Notes under the pieces: generated by a model
Told to the model about the DNA's origin: nothing
The model's database searches: none
Seen by the model: only the letters and a program-made list of their open reading frames with translations
Assembly (NCBI GenBank): GCA_012523545.1
Contig: JAAYIH010000009.1
Coordinates: 1,248 to 65,247 of the forward strand
DNA: 64,000 nt
Direction of reading: 5' to 3'
Source of the DNA: Bacillota bacterium
GTDB lineage: Bacteria; Bacillota; Proteinivoracia; UBA4975
Part shown: in pieces, positions 61,364-64,000 of the stretch
Layout: every line of letters starts with the position of its first letter
How positions within the stretch are numbered: position 1 is the stretch's first letter
Position numbers and translations under genes: made by a program

Positions 61364-61757
61364 CTGCTCGCCCCCTTGTCTCATTATCTCTTTGCCCCGC
61401 GCCCCAATACGGCGCCGGGGGTACTTGCTGACACAAATTCTCCTCTGCGCCGTCGCAAAAGTCATGGGCCAGCTCCACCGGCAGCGCCCCGTCCACTGCC
61501 GGGCGCGCCGCCAGGTACCTGAACCTGCCCACCCGGCAGGCCCCGAGCCTGGGAATACTGCGCAGGGATAACATGTGCACAGCGCCCGCCGTCCCAACGC
61601 CCCGGCGGGCGCCGGGTCCCCTTCCGGCGGCCGCAAGCAGCCGCAGACCTTCCCTGGTCAGCATGGCCGCAGCGACCAGAACGCGGGCGCCCGTCCTGAG
61701 CAGCCCCCACAGCCCGGCCGCCGCAAACCAAAACAAAGCCGCAATGTTCATGGCGCC
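61293..61757 (-). CDS. Possible small membrane protein (154 aa); low confidence
   Basis: ATG with GGGAGG 7 nt upstream. MNIAALFWFAAAGLWGLLRTGARVLVAAAML is a TM helix, followed by an Arg-rich tail. Overlaps the downstream hydrolase start by 70 nt, so it may be spurious in this high-GC DNA. Confidence 0.3.
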   Translation of the reverse strand, partial: GAMNIAALFWFAAAGLWGLLRTGARVLVAAAMLTREGLRLLAAAGRGPGARRGVGTAGAVHMLSLRSIPRLGACRVGRFRYLAARPAVDGALPVELAHDFCDGAEENLCQQVPPAPYWGAGQRDNETRGRADGKTHLLGARVFYFEQRPGKPHL

Positions 61758-61807
61758 GCCTCCCGTACCTGATGTTCCAGTATACGCACCGGCGGCGCCG
61801 GCTGCAA

Positions 61808-62839
61808 CTAAATCAGCTTCAAGTTTCGGGCCTGTTCCGCCACCGTCTCCGTCACTTTGTTCTTTAACTCCTCCGGGGCCAGTACTTCCACCTGGTGACC
61901 GTGGCTGAGCACCCACGGGAAGATTTCCTCCAGGGTGCTGACTGACTTGTGGAACTCCAAACTGCCGTCGGGCAGGTCCACTAATTTGTCGGCCCGCTGG
62001 CCGTGGTACTCCCGCACAAACCGGCTGTATTCGGGGCTGAAGCGCAGCACTACCCGGTAGTCCATTTCTCCTTTTAAAACGTCCCAGCAGCGCGTGGAAT
62101 AATCGTCGTAGTTAAAAGAGGGATCGGGCTGAAAACCGGTTTCCAGCAACTGCGCTTCGAGAATCCGGTCCAGGCGGAATTCCCGAATGGCCTTGCGCAC
62201 CGTGCAGTAGGCCACAATATAGTATTGGTGGCGAAAATAAATGGTATACGGGTGAATAATCCTTTCGCTGCACTCGTCGCTGGCAAAGGCGTGGTAGCGG
62301 ATGTGCACCTCCCGGTGCAAGCGCACGGCTTCAATGAAGGTCTTGAGGATCTGCCCTTCCCGGCTGCCTCCTCCGGGCAGCTCCACCCGAAAGTGCTGGT
62401 AAATTGCGCGCAGATAGCTTTGCTGCAGTTCAGGCAGAGTGGAAATAAGTTTCCGGGTCAGCTCTTTGCCGGCATCCACCACGGGATCACTGCCCAAAGC
62501 CTCCAGCAGCCGGTTCATGAAAACCAGGGCCATCAGTTCGGCAAAGGAGCACTGCAACCCTTCCAGCTTATAGCCGTCCAGCATGAAATAATAACATTTT
62601 CCGTCGCGGACTTCTTCGGTGACCGGAAACACGCGGGAGAGGCAATCCAGGTCCCGGTACACCGTGCGCAGGCTGACCTCAACCCCCAGGTCGTCCCTCA
62701 GTTCCCGATGCAGATCTTCGGCTGTGCGTCCGCTTTTCCAGCCGTCCAGGGCCCGCAACAGGTAGAGTTGGCGCTCAACCGCGCTTACGCTCAAAACCGC
62801 ACCCCCCGCAGCATACGTTTTCCTAATATTTCGCTGCAT
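61808..62839 (-). CDS. WYL-domain transcriptional regulator (HTH, WYL, WCX)
   Basis: ...LSVSAVERQLYLLRAL...LGVEVSLRTVYRDLDCL is the HTH. Central WYL-like region ...HIRYHAFASDECSERIIHPYTIYF. An alternative TTG start at 62794 with GGGGGGTG RBS is possible. Confidence 0.75.
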   Translation of the reverse strand: MQRNIRKTYAAGGAVLSVSAVERQLYLLRALDGWKSGRTAEDLHRELRDDLGVEVSLRTVYRDLDCLSRVFPVTEEVRDGKCYYFMLDGYKLEGLQCSFAELMALVFMNRLLEALGSDPVVDAGKELTRKLISTLPELQQSYLRAIYQHFRVELPGGGSREGQILKTFIEAVRLHREVHIRYHAFASDECSERIIHPYTIYFRHQYYIVAYCTVRKAIREFRLDRILEAQLLETGFQPDPSFNYDDYSTRCWDVLKGEMDYRVVLRFSPEYSRFVREYHGQRADKLVDLPDGSLEFHKSVSTLEEIFPWVLSHGHQVEVLAPEELKNKVTETVAEQARNLKLI

Positions 62840-63007
62840 TCTCGCCCATTTCCTGCCTCGGCGCCGGCCCGAAAAAGGAACATCCTCCGGCAACGCGAAT
62901 TATATATAGATAAGGAAGCGCAACCCCTGCTTCCGTGCAGCGCCGCCGGTTGGCTAATCCGGGGACGGGCCTGATATTAGCCCCAATAACACCGAGGAGG
63001 AATTATT

Positions 63008-64000
63008 TTGCGCCTCTGCAAAAAATGCCGGACTCTGCTGGAACCCCAGGATAAGTATTGTGCTTATTGCGGGCGGCCTGTGGCCGCCAAAAAGAAGTCC
63101 CGCTGGATTATCATTGGCCTTTTGGCCTGCCTGGCCCTGGCGTTGCTGGCTGTCGCCAACCTGGACCCGGAAAAACACAAACGCCCGCGCAGTGAAGAGC
63201 ATCTTGCCCTGGGCTATCAATACCTCGAAGAACAAAACTTTGAGCAGGCCATCGCCGCCTTTGACCTGGTGTTGCAAGTTGAGGCCGGCAACACCGAAGC
63301 CATCCTGGGCAAGGCCAAAGTCTTTCTGGCCATGGGCGACACTGAGGAGGCCAAAGCCATCCTGCAGCAGGCGGCGACCCGGCACCCTTCTGCTGAAATC
63401 TACATCTTGCTTTTCCAAATCTGCAGCGCAGATGACATCCTTTCTGCTCTGGAAATTCTGCACCAGGGATATGAGCTTACCACAGCAGAGGAATTGGCTG
63501 AATTGTGGGCAGAAGAAATGGCCAAGATTACCATTGAGATTGAGAACGCCAGTCCCGCCCTGGGCGAAACGGTACGCCTGAGGTTGCTCTACGGCCACAT
63601 TCCTCTGCCCGCCCATTGGGAAGTGGAATACCCGGGCCAGATGGTTCCCCGGGAGCACGGCATACTGCTGTCGGCGGAGGAACCCGGCCTGGTCACCGTC
63701 ATCGCTTCCACCGGCACTTTCGCCCGGGAAGCCCAGGTCCTGTTTACCGAACCCGCGCCTCCGCCCGGAGAGATTGAAACCCTGGTGCTGGAACTCAACC
63801 GGCTCTTCACCCTGCCAGCTTTTCAGCATCCCGATGACATTCCCGACGACACCCTTTTGCAAATCCTGTATTTTTGGGCACAGGAACAAACCGGGGAAAT
63901 GGTTATCCCCGCTGCAGAAATCGACGCCGCCTGCCGCCAAATCTTCGGGCCGCACAGGCAACTCCCCCAGCACCGCTCCACAGTGTTGCTGGTATGGGAC
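63008..64000 (+). CDS. Zn-ribbon / single-TM / TPR-like extracellular-domain protein. N-terminal part only; continues beyond the window.
   Basis: TTG start with GAGGAGG 7 nt upstream. MRLCKKCRTLLEPQDKYCAYCGRP is a zinc ribbon. KKKSRWIIIGLLACLALALLAVA is the TM. TPR-like ...EEQNFEQAIAAFDLVLQVEAGNTEAILGKAKVFLAMGDTEEA. Confidence 0.6.
   Translation, partial: MRLCKKCRTLLEPQDKYCAYCGRPVAAKKKSRWIIIGLLACLALALLAVANLDPEKHKRPRSEEHLALGYQYLEEQNFEQAIAAFDLVLQVEAGNTEAILGKAKVFLAMGDTEEAKAILQQAATRHPSAEIYILLFQICSADDILSALEILHQGYELTTAEELAELWAEEMAKITIEIENASPALGETVRLRLLYGHIPLPAHWEVEYPGQMVPREHGILLSAEEPGLVTVIASTGTFAREAQVLFTEPAPPPGEIETLVLELNRLFTLPAFQHPDDIPDDTLLQILYFWAQEQTGEMVIPAAEIDAACRQIFGPHRQLPQHRSTVLLVWD

Noticed and set aside
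62954-63973. 339-aa minus-strand ORF
   Set aside because: Antisense to the Zn-ribbon/TPR gene. That plus-strand gene has a strong RBS and recognisable Zn-ribbon, TM and TPR features.

Overview
High-GC (~65%) Firmicute-like chromosomal window. Nearly every gene is on the minus strand and packed into overlapping operons.

(1) 1-9.8 kb: purine biosynthesis operon in the order purE-purB-purC-purL-purF-purM-purN-purH-purD, with no purK, purS or purQ. A guanine riboswitch with its terminator sits in the leader.

(2) 10.2-11.9 kb: a PbuG/AzgA-type purine permease behind a second, near-identical guanine riboswitch. Then guaA.

(3) 13.9-18.2 kb: a DUF58 / transglutaminase-like / MoxR ATPase triad.

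(4) groES-groEL with a perfect CIRCE operator.

(5) 20.4-27.5 kb: a complete selenocysteine toolkit, selA-selB-LysR regulator-selD, then selC (tRNA-Sec, anticodon UCA), then fdhD. selD carries an in-frame UGA (Sec) codon followed by a SECIS-like hairpin. fdhD is co-operonic with two tandem paralogous membrane proteins of unknown function.

(6) 27.6-42.1 kb: one tightly overlapping nine-gene minus-strand operon: DUF2207-like, GldG-like, ABC ATPase, ABC-2 permease, GS-repeat membrane protein, MoxR, DUF58, BatA-like vWA and BatB-like double-vWA. This is the most system-like unexplained locus in the window.

(7) Peptide deformylase (def), a PAS protein, and a second ABC pair whose permease carries a 14-bp duplication frameshift.

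(8) An MBOAT / DHHW / DUF4358 / GNAT O-acyltransferase module.

(9) TrxB-like reductase, a long SpoIID/LytB protein, and several small membrane proteins with clean promoters and terminators.

(10) 53.9-55.3 kb: a ~1.4 kb low-GC (~40%) island bounded by terminators. It holds a start-stop mini-ORF, a 35-aa hydrophobic peptide, a 153-aa hypothetical protein and a 175-aa polytopic membrane protein. This is probably horizontally acquired.

(11) Two lipoproteins, one AlkP-family, behind a promoter-leader-terminator architecture that may be a riboswitch or attenuator.

(12) DHH/NrnA-like phosphoesterase, murB, an MBL-fold hydrolase, a WYL-domain regulator and a partial Zn-ribbon/TPR membrane protein.

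No CRISPR arrays, rRNA or obvious transposases were seen.
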